Positions 24,063 through 38,450 are shown, numbered from the whole stretch's first letter. The stretch: DNA of 61,327 nucleotides, filler included, from Sphacelaria rigidula (GCA_964200075.2; 10 parts of 10 records of this genome joined end to end with filler, not necessarily neighbours in it), one strand, 5' to 3'. A program made the numbers and translations. The notes: a model not told the origin generated them from the sequence alone.

Positions 24063-25693
24063 CTGGCGTAGTCACGAACATATCAACGGCCGAGGACAGC
24101 ACGCAGGAGAGGAGAAGGCAAGACAAGGTCAGGTTGAGCAGAGAACTGTTCGGGAAATGGTACAATTGAAAGTGCGCAGGGTAGGATAAAGTACCCCCAA
24201 ATTCCCCCCCTACCCTGGATTTTTTGGCGTACCTGGTATTTCGACTGCCGAAAATATCACAACACGAGTATCCAGGATACCCAGAGTGTCAAATGCCGAA
24301 AATACCCGGTTTGACCCTAAAGTACCTGACATTTCAGGGTACCAGGGCGGGCAAGACGTATTTATCGACGGCGGGAGGGATCGAGTAGTCTAGGACACTG
24401 CCCCCCCCATAACGCAGCCTGATCCGGCGAGAACCCGGCGTGCTCCGTCCCGGCTTTGTAGGGGCGGACCCCCNNNNNNNNNNNNNNNNNNNNNNNNNNN
24501 NNNNNNNNNNNNNNNNNTTAATTAATTAANNNNNNNNNNNNNNNNNNNNNNNNNNNNNNNNNNNNNNNNNNNNAGCGGTACACCTCATGTGCGGGTTCTT
24601 GTTCTTAACCCCAGGTCCAATTTGAGCACGTGTTCTTATGAGCAAGTTCTTAATATTTCAATTTTTTGAGGCTCAAATTCTCAAGTGCCGTATTCTTAAG
24701 TGGTGACCGCCTCTGTAGCCCAAAAGGTTTTCCCGTAGCACACAACAGTATACATCCTGTGAAAACGTCAAAGAGTATGTACCCTGGTACTCAACACCCT
24801 CGAATCCAGCCATATTACTAATATATTAGCATTGCACACTCACGACCCTGAAATCCCCTGTATACACTCAAGTCTCTGCCGTACTTGGACATTTCTGTGG
24901 GGTACAGTGTAGACGGGGAGACAGCTTTCGATAGTCTCGTTACCAGACAAAGGTGTATTCTCATTAGTACTAGAACATCGAAGTCGACCGGTTGTTCATG
25001 CATCCATGCTTGTATAAAACAATTCAAAATCCTCGGGTCTAAAAAGAACACATCATGTCCGTCATGAAGCTCAGCTGCCTAAGGGGAGATAAAAAATCAA
25101 ACATAGTTGCATATTCACTCTTTTCACAGAATCCATAAGCGCTTAAGTCGTTCGTCATCCTCCTACTTGCGTCCCAGGTTTGTCCGGGTAATCCCACTTG
25201 CTGTACATGGTTCTTCATGCTACCTCAGTGGATGGTGGTTCCAGGAATGGTCTGTCTTGTTCCTTGAGTGGCCATGCTGCCTAGGCGAGCTCTTGCGCGT
25301 GGTGTTACGCCATGATTCCTCATCGCCTACTAGCGAAAATTGCGGTCGTTTCTGGTGTTAACACCATCACGTATCGCCTGTCGGCGCGTGTTGCGGGGGG
25401 CTTTTCCACGGTTGTTGTTGAGGTGGTTGGCGTTGTTGGAGTTGTGTCCTGATCCGCTCATTGTTGGAGAAGGGGAATAGTGATGTACGGTGTTGGTAGG
25501 TGAAGATGAGGAAGGTGTTTTGAAATTTGTGATTGGGTGTGCGTCGGTCTTGAGTCTAGCTCGGTCTTGTTGAAGTATTTGACGTACGAAAGTTCGATAC
25601 GTCCCCTTTGAAAATGACGCACCGGAAATGACTCACGCCGGGTGGTACGTCACCCTTAATAATGACGCACTCCTGTTGCCTCCGTTGGTAGGT

Positions 25694-28600
25694 TCACTTT
25701 CCGAAATCGACGACTGCGTTCAGGAGTCGTCGGTGGATTGTCCTATCGCAATACTCAGTGAGTATGTCGGCCAACTGACGACTAGTACTGACATGGTTAA
25801 CAATTAGTAGGTCGTTGTTGATAAGATCCTTGAGGCTGTAGAATCTGATCGCCAGATGTTCACTTTCGTTGCTTTAGTTCGCGCTCGACGAAAGATGAAG
25901 GGCGCCTTGGGCATCGGAGGAAACGATTTGAGGCCGTATGGACGACCACCCGAGCTCTCGCAAAAGATTGAAATGGTATGTACCGAATTTCCCTCTTCTT
26001 GCCAGTGCTATAAGTCCAGCTTCGATTGTAGATGAGGCTGTGATCCGTTGTAGACTTGAAGAAGAAAAATTATAAGTCTGTTCGCCAGAAAAAACATGGT
26101 GCCCGATGTTGACTTCATTTTCCTCCAAGATTCTCGTTCCCATGTGACGAACTCACAAAACCTTTTACTTCTAAGTTGTTTCTTGAACTGCGGTAGGCGA
26201 TGGGTAGATCCGGTGTACCTTTCAGATAGCGAAAAATACGTTTGACAGCTGCCAAGTGTTCCGTCGTAGGTTTACTCATGAAGCGGGCGACCTGGATGAC
26301 GCTGAAGGCTACGGGGATCTCGTGCACTGGGATAGAAAAATCGAGCTTCCCACTATAGCTTGGTACTGCTTTATCCCTTGACGATCCAGTAGATGTTCCT
26401 CCGAGGCTGCAAGGGTACTATTGGTGATCCGAGGCGTATGTATTGAATTACAGTACTCCACATGAAATTGTTGTAGTAAAGAGATGACGTATGTGTGCTG
26501 AGAAAGTTCGAGTGTCCTCCTCTCTGTATCTCTCCTTATCTCCATGCCGAGGATAAGAGACCCTGATCCAAGCTCTGAACTGGAGATCTCTTTCTTTAGT
26601 GTATCTTGAGGATCTTGTAGAAGCTTGATCGAAGGTCCGGTGAGAAGGATGTCATCGACAAATGACGTAAGCATGACGTATTTATCGTTTTTTCTTCTCG
26701 TATAGACGCAGGGGTCGCTTGCAGTAGCAATAAAGCCGATTCTTCTCAACTCGGAGTCTACCGTTGCGTTCCAAACATTCGGACTCTGGCGTAGACCGTA
26801 CAAAACTCGCCTAGGGCGCATCACTTGTGGCTGACCGGTAGTAGGATCCGTTGTCTCAAAGCCCGGTGGCTGCTTGCAGAATACCGTCTCCTGTAGTTTT
26901 CCGTTCGAGAAGGCTGTTCGAATATCGGGCGCAATTACTGGCCAGTTCTTTGCAGTTGCAGTCGCGAGGAGCATTCATAGACTCTTAAGTCGGCAGACGG
27001 GTGCAAAAGTTCTTCCGCAATCGAAACCGCGTCGGTGTGCCCAACCTTGTACAACTAGTCGAGCCTTGAATCGTCCGTCAGCTTTGACCTTATAGACCGA
27101 TCGCGTGCCAATTATGTTGTTGTTCGGTGGAATGTTTCCAGCTGGAATAGTGCCAGCCACGCGATGGTCTTGTATGCTGCGGAGTTCGTCCAACATGGCT
27201 GCTCTCCATTTCGATGCGAAAGGTGAGGAAGACGCTTGCTTGAAGTTGTTAGAACGGGAATTGATGCAGGTGGCAGTACGCTTTCAATGCCAACCGTTCC
27301 GATATACTGTAGAACAGTTTCCAAAGCCATGTATAGGTGTGGTGAATGTTCTGCCGTCGGGGCTAGTTTACGTAGTTCTCTGGACTGCTGTTGAGTAGTT
27401 GGAGATGGTGAAGTAGTATGGTCCACGCTGCCAGCAGATCATAGTCGCATTGGATGAGTAGAAGTAGGAAAATTGTCGTCGAAGTTCTCCAGCTTCTTGA
27501 TACCTTCGAAATCGTTGTTGTTGAGGTCGAAAATCTGCTTAGTGTGTTCCTCGTATTGTTGAGTGGTAATATTTCCCACCCGAGTAGTCGGAGTTGATTC
27601 TTGCCAGATGTTGGTTGGTGCTCCGGATGCTTGTTCAATAACTGTAACGTTCCTGGAACTGCTAATCCTGCCGGAGTGCCGGTCGAAGATGCGGTATAAA
27701 GGGCTGTCGCTGCCGTACCCTATTAGAACTCCCTCCCAGGCATTATCCTCCAGTTTGTTGGGGTGTCCTTCCTTGTGTACGAACGCACGATAACCTATGG
27801 TACGCAGAAATGATAATTTTGCCTGTTTCCCGAACATCTTGTAGTACGATGTTTCGCTGTTGACGCTCCGATGCGGTAGGCGATTGATTAACAATAATGC
27901 AGTCGCAGCGATCTCCCCCCACAGGTATTTGGGTAGTTTCGCTTCGCTCAAGAGGCAACGAGTTATGTTCAGAATAGTTCTCCCGTCGCGTGTTGACATA
28001 CCATTCTATTGTGGGGCATAGGGCGCCGTAAATTCTTGGAGAATTCCAGTTGTTTTGCAGTATCGACGAAAGTATTCCGTGATATATTCTTCGCCGCGGT
28101 TCGACCGCAGGCGGTGTATTCGAAGTCCTCAGGGAATTGCCGCGTCTTGAACGCACTTGCATAGGGTAGAAAGCGCCTCACGATTTGCCTTGATGACGTA
28201 CACAACTTTCAGTCGATTGTAGTGGTCGGTAATTTTAGCCATGTACCTAAATCCTCCTAATGCAGTTGGTGTGACGGGTCCTAACAGATCGGTAGTTATA
28301 CCAACTGTAGACGCTCCGTCACTGATGAATAGTCCGCGGTCTTGGGATCGTTCTGCTGGGTGCTTTATTCAGCAGGCAGGTGTCACAGGAAGAAACTGAA
28401 TCTAAAAACTTGACAACTGTCTCAGGTGTATTCATTATACGACGCATAACCTATTCAGTTGGATGATCCAGTCTAAACCGAATTTCTGCCCTCACAGTGG
28501 TTGAAATAGCCGAGGGGTCTTCGTCGGTGGTCGTGGCTGTAAATGCTGTCCCCCGGCCCATACATTCTCCAGACATCACCTCAGCAGTAAGAGTTGACCC

Positions 28601-30560
28601 GGAGTTGGTGTTGAAGGTCTCTTAATCCCGAATAATCTTCATGTTGAGGAAGTGTAGCGTGCAAGTATTGTCGATGTGGATTGAGATTTTGAATATTCCA
28701 AGATCCACGTGAGAGTTGACGGAGAATGTGGTTGATGCTCCTTTCGATAATGCTTCGACAGGTGAAAAGAGATGTCTACCAAGTCCCGGAACAATAATGG
28801 CTGGAAGACGGACGGAGTGCTGATTACCCTGCTGATCACGGACGATGGAGTGGGGCACTCATTTTCCTGTTCCGCTAAGACTTATGCCGAGATAGCTAGC
28901 CCCTCCACAAAAAGGGCACCGGAGACCGTCCGACAAACCGGCTGCGATCCAACTCTTGGGCTCATTTTCAGTAATGTCACCCACATGAGGGGCGCGTAGC
29001 AGTCCGAAATCAGCTAAAACGCCCACATGAGTCGCGTCGTGTAGCACGAAGCCAGCTCTAATGGCATTCATGATCACCGCCTCCATGCACTTTAAAGGCC
29101 GGTTCGGGGGGGGGCTATCTCGGCAGCAGTCCTAAGTAGATGGCGATCTGCTGTCAGAATTCTCAGGGGAGGATCGAGTCTCACATGTCAAACATCTCCT
29201 CTTCAATTTTGGGCAGTAGCTGATCGTCGATGCAATGGTGGCTGACCCCGGAGTCTCATACCATCTTCATAGAAGCCGGTGGCCGTGTGTTGTCCCTGTC
29301 TGCAGGATCAGAATAAAAGGTATGGCCTATGCCGCTTGGTGGCGAGCATGCGTCAGTCACTGTTGAAGATGAAGGTCCGCTCGTGTCTTGACCCTTAGAC
29401 CGCGAGATTAGTCTTTCTGGATCATGCATACTTTTTTTCACTTGAAATTGATGCCGATTCAACAGAAGACTAACCTCGCGGTCTATGGGTTAAACTTGAT
29501 TATTGGGAGGAACAGTAGTTGATGTAGTAGTTGATGTAGTAGTTGATGTAGTAGTTGATGCAGTGGTTGATGCAGGATCCATGGTGACGGTATTAGCTTG
29601 ATTCGGACGATTGATTATGTTGTTTGCGCTGGAGCCAGATTTATTGTTGTTGTTGCGTGTGTTGTTGCGACGGCGATGGTTGTTCTTGTTGTAGTAGTTG
29701 TCGTCCCTGCTGCTGCACGTAGACGCACTACCGTTGTTGACTTGAGTCTTGCATTCGGACTTGTCATGTTTATCTGTATGACGCAGACTGCACCATTTCA
29801 CAGGCCTGCTCCTGCTGTTAGGCTGTATTGTAGAACGACAGTCACGCATATGGTGACCTGGTTTACCACAGGAAATTGTTTTGCAGATGAGTCCAGCGGC
29901 GATAATGCCGCTATCATGGCGGAATCATGGCTGCGTAACCCTTTCGATAAAAATTCCGCGTGCGACGCGATTGGAATACATATTCCCCATTTTTACTTCG
30001 ATGTCAAAGATGCTGAAGTCTGGGTCACGGTCCGCATCATACTTGATCCTGTCGTATTCATCTGTCAAGCCTTCCACCACAATGCCCGTGAGTCTATAAT
30101 CTAAAATGGGTTCACCCATGTACACCAGCTGGTCACGCAGTTCATAGATCTTGGTCAGAAACACGTCAGGATCTTATGCAGGTGACATTTTGATGTTATC
30201 TAGCTGACGGATGAGAATATGCCGCCGTTGTTCCGACGAGTTCTCGTATTTACCGACCAGTGCCTCCCATTCAATTTTGCCATTCGATCTTGCGTGGCCC
30301 TTCGGCGCGGAGCGAAGAAGAAAACTGCCAGCCGGGCCTGTAGTTGTCAAGTGTAGAATATTGAACAACTGTTCGTTGCGGCGATCCCAATTCTCAACTT
30401 CACATCTGTTCACCACAATTCTCACATGTGTATCCTCCCGAGAGAAGTCCACTTTGCCACCAGCCGGGTCCTCAACTGGATCACGACACTTTCTACGAAA
30501 GCCCCCCCCAAAACCAGCCAAAGTGTGTCACGAAAAAAATGACCATACAGCGCCCGATGT
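25694..30560 (-). mobile_element. Ty1/Copia retrotransposon gag-pol, degenerate
   Basis: Gag: WDRRNEQLFNILHLTTTGPA..WEALVGKYE; PDVFLTKIYELRDQL; CGKPGHHMRDC knuckle. Integrase: YLWGEIAATA..INRLP; KLEDNAWEGVLIGY. RT: FKARLVVQG; LYGLRQSPNVWN; FVDDILLTG. RNase H: ASSTIEAGLIAL; QLADILT, stop at 25694. Many disruptions. Confidence 0.95.
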
Positions 30561-31189
30561 TTGGGTTCAGGCTGCATGAAGCGCCGCATATTGGCAACCT
30601 TGGCTAGAACGAACCCNNNNNNNNNNNNNNNNNNNNNNNNNNNNNNNNNNNNNNNNNNNNTTAATTAATTAANNNNNNNNNNNNNNNNNNNNNNNNNNNN
30701 NNNNNNNNNNNNNNNNGATTGATTCGTCACGAGTCGACTCATCGTACTAAAACCAAGTAATTTTCAGACGAATCATTATTCGTCCGACCCTTGAAACCCA
30801 TGATTCATATGCCGCATGAATGGAAGGTTTCGAACCGCTGTTGTCTGTTGTCCGCTGTGAAGATTGTACAGTACTGGACTGTACTGCACTGTTCTCCACT
30901 GTCCATTTGCTGCAGTGGCCGCTGCCGGGGTGTTTCCAAAATCTCACGCGAACATGCGTGGACGATTCTTGCAGCGCTGGTGCTCCCTGAAGCTGTCTCT
31001 GTACTTCTTTTTTATATTCGGGGCACTGTACTCAGTATGTCCAGGTCAATTGTACCGCAGAACACAGCATGAAAACCACAGAAGCTGTCAATACATCATA
31101 GCTCGGGGGAAAAAAAAAACTGTCTAGGAAAACCGCTCTGGGCGCGCAGACGCGTGTTTTGTACTATCGTTGATGCGTTACGCGTGAGT

Positions 31190-32092
31190 ACAAAATTTGA
31201 AGTTGGGTTTATTGCGGATTGGGGTAACAAGGGGTTCGCGACCTGCACGCTTTTTTGTCGCGTATCCCACCTGCAAAAAAGCCGCGCCACCGAAGAGTCG
31301 CGGTCCATGAAATTAAAGGTGGGAAACAGCATGTTCTCCCGATTTATATCATATAAACAGGAGGTGGGGAACACGCACGTATGATGCGTACACTTGATTA
31401 ATATCATATGAGTGGAAGGTTGGCAACATGTGCGTATGATTCATGCTGCATGCATGGAAATTGGGAATCACGTACCCTTGATTCACCTCGTATGAATGGA
31501 AGGTCGGTAACATATACGTGGGATTTTATGCTGCATGAACGGATATTAGGAACCATGTACGCTTGGTTCACCTCGTATGAATGGAAATTGAGAAACATGT
31601 GTCTATGAGATACATCATACGAATGGAAATGAGAAAATGTGTACCTTCCATGGGTCGGACGAATACAATCGTGGTTCGAATCATATTCAACATTTGGACG
31701 AATCAATCATACTATTCGTACACAAGTTGTGATTTGTACATGTTTTGAGTTGTACGACACTTCATGTAGTATACACATTCCTCGTTCGTGATTCGTGCGG
31801 TACACCGTCGAAGGTACACGTTTCCTACCTCCCATTCGTATCGTATGAATCATAGATACATAAATCCCAATTTCCACCCGTGTACCATGAATAATCGGTA
31901 CATGTTCCCCACCTTCCATTCATACGAGATGGATCAAGTTTACATATTTCCCGATTTTCATTCTTGCAGCATGAATCGCATGTATATGTTGCCCACCTTC
32001 TGCTCATATGACATAAAATTATGAGAACATGTTGTTTCTCACCTGTCATTTCATGGGGTGCGACTAGGGTTGTACACCAACTTCAAAATTGA
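31190..32092. mobile_element. Foldback-like element: long imperfect inverted arms built from about 40-bp subrepeats
   Basis: The left arm (about 31295-31660) mirrors the right arm (about 31800-32065). Repeated TCGTATGAATGGAAGGT..AACAT units. Outer AAATTTGAAGTTGG / CCAACTTCAAAATT. Confidence 0.75.
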
Positions 32093-33259
32093 GTTGATTG
32101 GATGGTTTGAATTTTGTCCAAATACTGCTTGGTTGATATGTCATGACTAATTGATTATTTCTCAAGTGTTATAACATTAAGTAAGCCTCAATGAGCTGAT
32201 ATTTCAACGTGAATCGGTTCGCTGTACACGTGCACGCCAGTAGTATTGTTCTTGTATCCCTACAGCCGATTCAGTAGACACCTCCAATGTTTTAGTAAGA
32301 CGTTCATTTGAAACAAATCATGCACCAGTCCACTTGTAGGTTGCTGAAATATCCCTCATGGTTGTACATGGCGAGATACAGTTGTACAGTACGTCACCTT
32401 GTGGGTGCGACGGATGATCAGGTACGGTACCGTCCTGCCCACTAACCAAAAAGGGTCGTCAGAGATAAAACCACGCGCATCTCATATGATGCGCACGTAC
32501 GCCACGATATCATATTTCCTTTCCGTTCGGTGGCCTGCAAGGAGTGTCTGAAGACAACCGAAATGAACGGTGAAGCAGCAGCTCATATTTCAAATCACCG
32601 TGGTGGTGCTCTCCACCAGAGGTTGTGTTTCACGCTCTCGTGGAGGAAAACGATGTCTGCCGCGCGCTCCCCACTCAGACCGTTGCGCGTTTTAGTTACC
32701 TCAAGTCCATCTACAGAAGAGATGCGTTTGGACGCGGCAGATGAAGCCTGGATCGCAAGGTACTTGCGGGCTAAGATGGCGACAGGGATACACGTGCCTC
32801 GCCTTCGACTGCCACCCGCCTCAAGAATCGCCGGCATTGATCACATCTTTTTTCGATCCGTTTTTCTCTTTGTAGGCGGCCCATTCAGTACGAATTCGGT
32901 CCCTTTTAGACACTGCTGTGCTGTACGGCGTATGTTATGTTATGTGCTGCTACTCCTTTTGATTTGATGGATTGGTGGTCGCACTTTGACTGACCTCCCG
33001 GGAATCCAGCCGTGATCACATGATGAACAGACCCGGGGTTGAAACAAAAGTGACTCACTTGCTGAAGGAAGAAAAAGAAGAGACAGAAGAGGTGAAACAG
33101 AAGATAGTATACCAAGACATGCAGAAGAAAAGAACTGAAGGAGAACAGAAAAGAAATGACCGTCCTCTGCCACATGACCTCGGCGAAAAAGGTCTTGCGC
33201 AGAACCATGCTCGATCCCAGCCGTGAAAAACTAAAGGCCGTGGAATAGGAAATATTGCG

Positions 33260-35700
33260 GCTCATGTACTACGGCCGCTCTATTCAGGATACGCATAAAC
33301 CCTCTCATCCATGAACAAGCACAGTGAAGCGAGGTACCACCCTGCTCTGCCGTATATACACCGGCAGTAACGAACACATATAGAGAGATGGAGATGGGGA
33401 AAAGGAAGAACAGAGGGAGGCGAGACGTGGTGAAGCCCAAATAATTCAAAGCAGCGTAGTAGATACACACACCAGGGGGCATCACAGAGCCACCGACCAA
33501 TGGCACAGTCCACGAGCGATATGAGGAGACGGGATCCTTCGATTGGCGGCCCTCGACGCAACAGCCTGTCGTTTGCCACGGCGGTCCGGTTCTCGTTTGT
33601 CCTCGCGTCACCACGCGTCCTCAGACTCTTCCGCTCCTTTTTCGACTACAGTATGCTATTTGCCCATTTTCTTCGCCGCAGTGATCCAATCGTATGCATC
33701 GTAAGACTCTACACCCTAGACGAACCATTTCCGTCGTGCTCCTTTCTGCGGAACAGCCCCTAGTGCACGTAGGTTCTCCTGGAGGGTTTCCTGCCATCGC
33801 TTGGAGAGGCTGCCAGCCTCCTTGGAACCTCATGCGGTGAACCGTCCGTTCATGACGCGTTTATGACGGCGTGTTTCCTTCTACCGGACAAGGGCTCCCG
33901 CGAACCGGAGTTGACGTCTGCGGGTCCTCGTCTCGATACGTTCGCAGTTGGTAATCTCGAGCACCGCTCAGTACAAGAGAGTCTTGTAGCCATTCCGATA
34001 TCTCCTGCAAAATCCAACCACTCGCAGCAAGAGCTTGTGATGCGCAGTGCGTAGACTGTCGGAGTCCTCAGAATGCGACGTCCATGTGGCACATCCGTAC
34101 AACGAGCTTCTCCCGCCTCCGCTTTAAGCAGCCGGACTTCCGAGAATAGCTGGGCGTTGGGTCGATCGTAGAGCTGGGAGGTATATTTGCGAATACGCGC
34201 TCACGCTGCGCTAATGCGGCGATTGGTTTCGATGAACATTTTCGCATCCGCGCTGATATCACCAAGCTAGACGAACTCCCCCGTCTGCTGATACCGTTGA
34301 CCGGCAGCTTTGATGTGCTGGGAGGCCTCCGTGGGACTGGGTACTGACCAAAGGCGCAGGGACTCTGTCTTGCTCTCGGAGACCGTCAGGCCGAATTCCT
34401 AGCAGGTCACCACTATCACGGCTATCATCGGAGCAAGGCCGTCTGAGGTCCTCGAGACTTTGCCGGCGTCGTTTACATGAAGTATTGCCTACACCACGCC
34501 CCGCACCTTCTCCAGCGGCGTCTCTTCCAGGGGTTCACCACCGTCACCTTTTGGCACACAGTCTAGAAAAACCAAGTCTTCAGACGATGACTGGATCCAC
34601 CGCGAACCGCTGAACGATCACGTCGACCAAGCCTGCTCCGAAGATGTTGAACAACGGCGGGGACGAAGCGCATCCGTGACTGAGTGCCTGGCAGACGTGA
34701 AACCACGCTGCTAGTTCGCCACCATCTAGCTGTACCCGAGCTCGTATGCCGTCGTGGAACATACGGATGATCGTGATCATTCGCGGCAGGACTTCGACGC
34801 GGGCAAGCACTCCCCACAGGAGCGTGCGGTCTACGGAATCATAAGATTTCTGCAGATAGATACAGCACATGTTAGGTGGGACGCTGCTCGCCCGTCTCAA
34901 CTCCCGAAGTCGGCGTACTACAAACACCATGTCTGTGGTGGGTCGCTGGCGCCTAAATCCGCACTGCTTTTTCTAGAAGATATCTGTTTACTCACAGAAA
35001 TCACCGAGCATGTTAGCCACGACTTTGAGAAGAAAATTTAGCAGCAAGTGCCACTCGTGAAATGGCCCTGTAGCTACCCTACTCAGCCTTATCCTTTTTC
35101 TTGTGCAGCACGCTGGTAGTGACGTATTTCCATTCATTGCGGCACCTCGCCAGATGTCCAAACCGCTGAAACGATGCTATGGAAGTGGTACAGAATTTCC
35201 GACACCTCCCCGTTCAGTCCAAGCTTGAGGGTTTCAGCAGGTAGACCGTCCGGACCCGTGGCTTTGCAGTTCGACATGGCTCGCAGAGCCTCCTCAGTTC
35301 CACTTGTGCTTGGTGAGTCTTATGGTGAATGCTGTTGGTCGTTGTGCAATCTTTTAGTCGCCGATATGGCGTTCAGCAATGTGAACAATTACCGTTCTCA
35401 TCTCCCACTGATCAAACCTTTGTCCCGCAGTATATTGCCGTCCCCATCTCGAATGTACTGCTCACTCTCGATTGGTCTTCCAGACAGTCTCCACCCTCCG
35501 TTGAGATGTCTGTAACATCCTCTCATGTCCTCCACTCGTCAGGTGGTCAACCAGGTTACCGGCGGTTTCTCTGCTTGCTTTTTTTTTTCGCGGTAAGTTT
35601 AATGGTGTGCGAGTTTCAAGAAAGTATGCGGGGTGGAAAACCCGAACTCCGCGTCAAGGGGATGATCGTACTCCGTAGTGTTTTCACGGTGAGACAGCAA
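33260..35700 (-). mobile_element. Non-LTR retrotransposon (LINE, RTE-like) reverse transcriptase, degenerate
   Basis: Motifs KATGPDGLPAE; QCGFR..TTDMVFVVRRLREL; LQKSYDSVDRTLLWGVLAR..IIRMFHDG; GCASSPPLFNIF. Multiple stops and frameshifts. Confidence 0.9.
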
Positions 35701-36859
35701 TGAGGCAGTGTGTGGCCCGTGGCTGTCTCTGGAAGTGGCGATACCAGAAAATGAAACTCATCGTAGGCTGTCAGCCCTGTGTAAGATAGTCAGTAGGCTT
35801 CGGGCCGAGCGATATTGGCAGAATGCAGCTCACCCTTCATGCGACTCGCCGACCGCATCACGGCGCTCCGCGCTTGGTGATTGATTGTGAGCCTGGTCCG
35901 GCGAAAACCCAGCGATCCGCCCCGGCTATGTATGGATGCGAGGTCAAGTGTCTAATGACTATGGCATGCAAGATCATGAGTACACCCCAGCCCCTCGGGG
36001 TCCAGCGCGCAAGGCACGTAGGATGAACACATTTATGTCGCTCTCTATTATTTCGTATCTACTCACCGGCGTACTCTATGGTGTTTGTCACTGTCCCGCT
36101 GACTCGTGCATAAACCCAACCAAGAACACCCGCTACACCTGTGCTGAATTACCGCCGGGTTGAAACCACACAAAAAGGTCAATTTTTTTATTTATCTCTT
36201 TTCCTTTCTTCTTCATTTGCCTCATCGCCCCGAGTTTCCTTCGGCGACTCTTCCGTGTACTTATCTTGGACACGCCTATCTCTCTCTCGTAACCGCAGCT
36301 GGACTCGTAGGGGTACAATGCATACCCGTCGATTAATCTACCAACCAGTCAATGTGCGGGGCAGATGAATGAACGGAGACCAAGCGCCGAATGCGTAGTC
36401 TTTTTTTTTTAACAGGACGTTACGGGGCTTCTTCCTGTGTAAGGTCCCACAGTTCATTTGCCCTCCGCGCTGGTGCTTGATTGTAAACATGTGTCGTATC
36501 GGAGGGGGGTGGATGATGTCACAATTCAGCTCATGCGAGAAGCGTATGATGATCGCGCATACATTTGCTTGATGTGTTTTTGAACCTTGAAAAAAACGAA
36601 GGATTTGATATTCTTGGCATGACACGGTTTTTATACACATGCAAGCAAGAGTGGCACAGCAACTCTAAAGTGTTGGAAAACAATTCCGATACGTTGCGCT
36701 CCCTCCCATTATTTAGTGTCGGCAAGCCAGCGAAAGAACCGGAAACTGCCAGACCCCCANNNNNNNNNNNNNNNNNNNNNNNNNNNNNNNNNNNNNNNNN
36801 NNNTTAATTAATTAANNNNNNNNNNNNNNNNNNNNNNNNNNNNNNNNNNNNNNNNNNNN

Positions 36860-37310
36860 GGAGGTGTGGGTAAACTCAATGATGAATAACACCCCCCTAA
36901 GTTCAAACTGGATCTATCTGTTATTGCCGAAGCACCGTCCTTGCTGGCATATGTGTGTGGCAGAGAACAGTGGTAGCGGTGACGGGAGCATTGCCCTGTT
37001 TTTTCAATATGTTTTCAGCGCACAGAGGCACGTCCTGTCCAAAAGGAGAGGCAGAGAGAAATCGATGTTCGCGTTGGCGACAGGCAAGAAGAGACCGCGG
37101 AATTTCTCCGCACGTCGATGCTCTGGTATATGAAAAAGTTTGCACATGCTGGCAAGATCAAGGATGCCAGTCTCTCGAGAGTTTGGTAATCGCCGAGCGG
37201 GGACACACAAAGGGCACGGGCGAGGAGCTTCCTCTCTGTCGTTGCTTCTCTCTCTGGTGATATTGTCATCGACACGCGTGTACACCGCATTTCGATGGCT
37301 GCAGTTGCTT
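36860..37310 (-). repeat. Interspersed repeat of about 450-480 bp; second copy at 53890-54372 in the opposite orientation
   Basis: Long collinear identity, also visible as matching translations (TRVDDxITRERSNDREEAPRP) in both contigs. Confidence 0.9.
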
Positions 37311-38450
37311 AACCCTTGGACCGCGGTGCCCGTAGTCCATCTGGACCACGTGTACTTTTTTCAAGTGAATATTGATGCCGATTCAGCAGGTGACCTACTC
37401 TCGCGGTCTAACGGTTAACTCCAGCTGCGGAGGTTTGGGAAGGAAGATACTTTCGCTCTGTCTTACTCTTTCGTATCTTCCCTGCAATAGAGAAATGAGA
37501 CTTCGGCCTCATTTTTTGTTTCAACCCCAATTTTTCAAAATCGGCTGCTTATAGTTTGAATATCCCTCCTGTCGGTCTCAAAGGGGGTCTGAACTAGCGA
37601 TGGAAAGTGCTGGCACCCTCCCCCTCAGATAGCATTTGTGACAACTGGGGGGGGGGGTATTTCGGGAACATCGCTAGGAATGAAACACGTAGAATAGTAT
37701 CCAGGGGTATCGTAGTACATGTTTCCCTGTTCAACATCGAAAGCTCCTCGCCTGAACGCTTTATACCCGTTACAATGAACGACTTCTTTCCAAGAAAATC
37801 ATTCGTTATTTCAGGACTTTCCCTGGGCGCTAATCCTTACCCTGAGGTGCTGATAAAAAACACTGAAGTACTGTACATGGGTGTAGTGTGTCGCATCTGT
37901 AGTGTCTAGGCTACCGGGTTTTCAGATTCCACATGGGTATAGATACAACTTGACCGTCTACCACGGAACATCTTTCGTCCTGCTCGTGCGGGACGATCGA
38001 AAAGAGCGACAGTTTTCTCGCCTTCAGTCTGTGCGGCTGGTGTAATATACTGTTCCGAGAAGGATCATTCGATCATTTGGACAAAGTATAGACCCCAAAA
38101 TGACACGACTTACTTGATTGCAGTACCAAGCGGGAGACATTTACGCCAATAATGTATTTGATGGATGATTGGCTGTTATTTGCACAGTTTCGTAAACATG
38201 TCAGCAACCGTTCCCTCCATTTCTCGAATCCTGTAAAAACTGTATTATTTTACAAATATAGTAGTATAGGGGTCAGTGGTCAAAAGCAGTGATGCACAGC
38301 CACGTGTTGACTTTCATCATTAGCGGCACCAATATATCAATTCATCGCAGGCATACTGCAGTTTATTTTCCAATCAGGATTATTATGTTTTTTTGCGTCC
38401 ATCACGCTTTCGACCCGTCCCCTCCCTCGGGAGGAATCTGTGGCCTTCAG

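Noticed and set aside
23929..24165. ORF MYHFPNSSLLNLTLSCLLLSCVLSSAVD.. as the LPMO signal peptide
   Set aside because: It starts at TTG, is out of frame with the CPHC exon and has no His after the hydrophobic stretch. It is better explained as the polypyrimidine tract before the acceptor at 24063.
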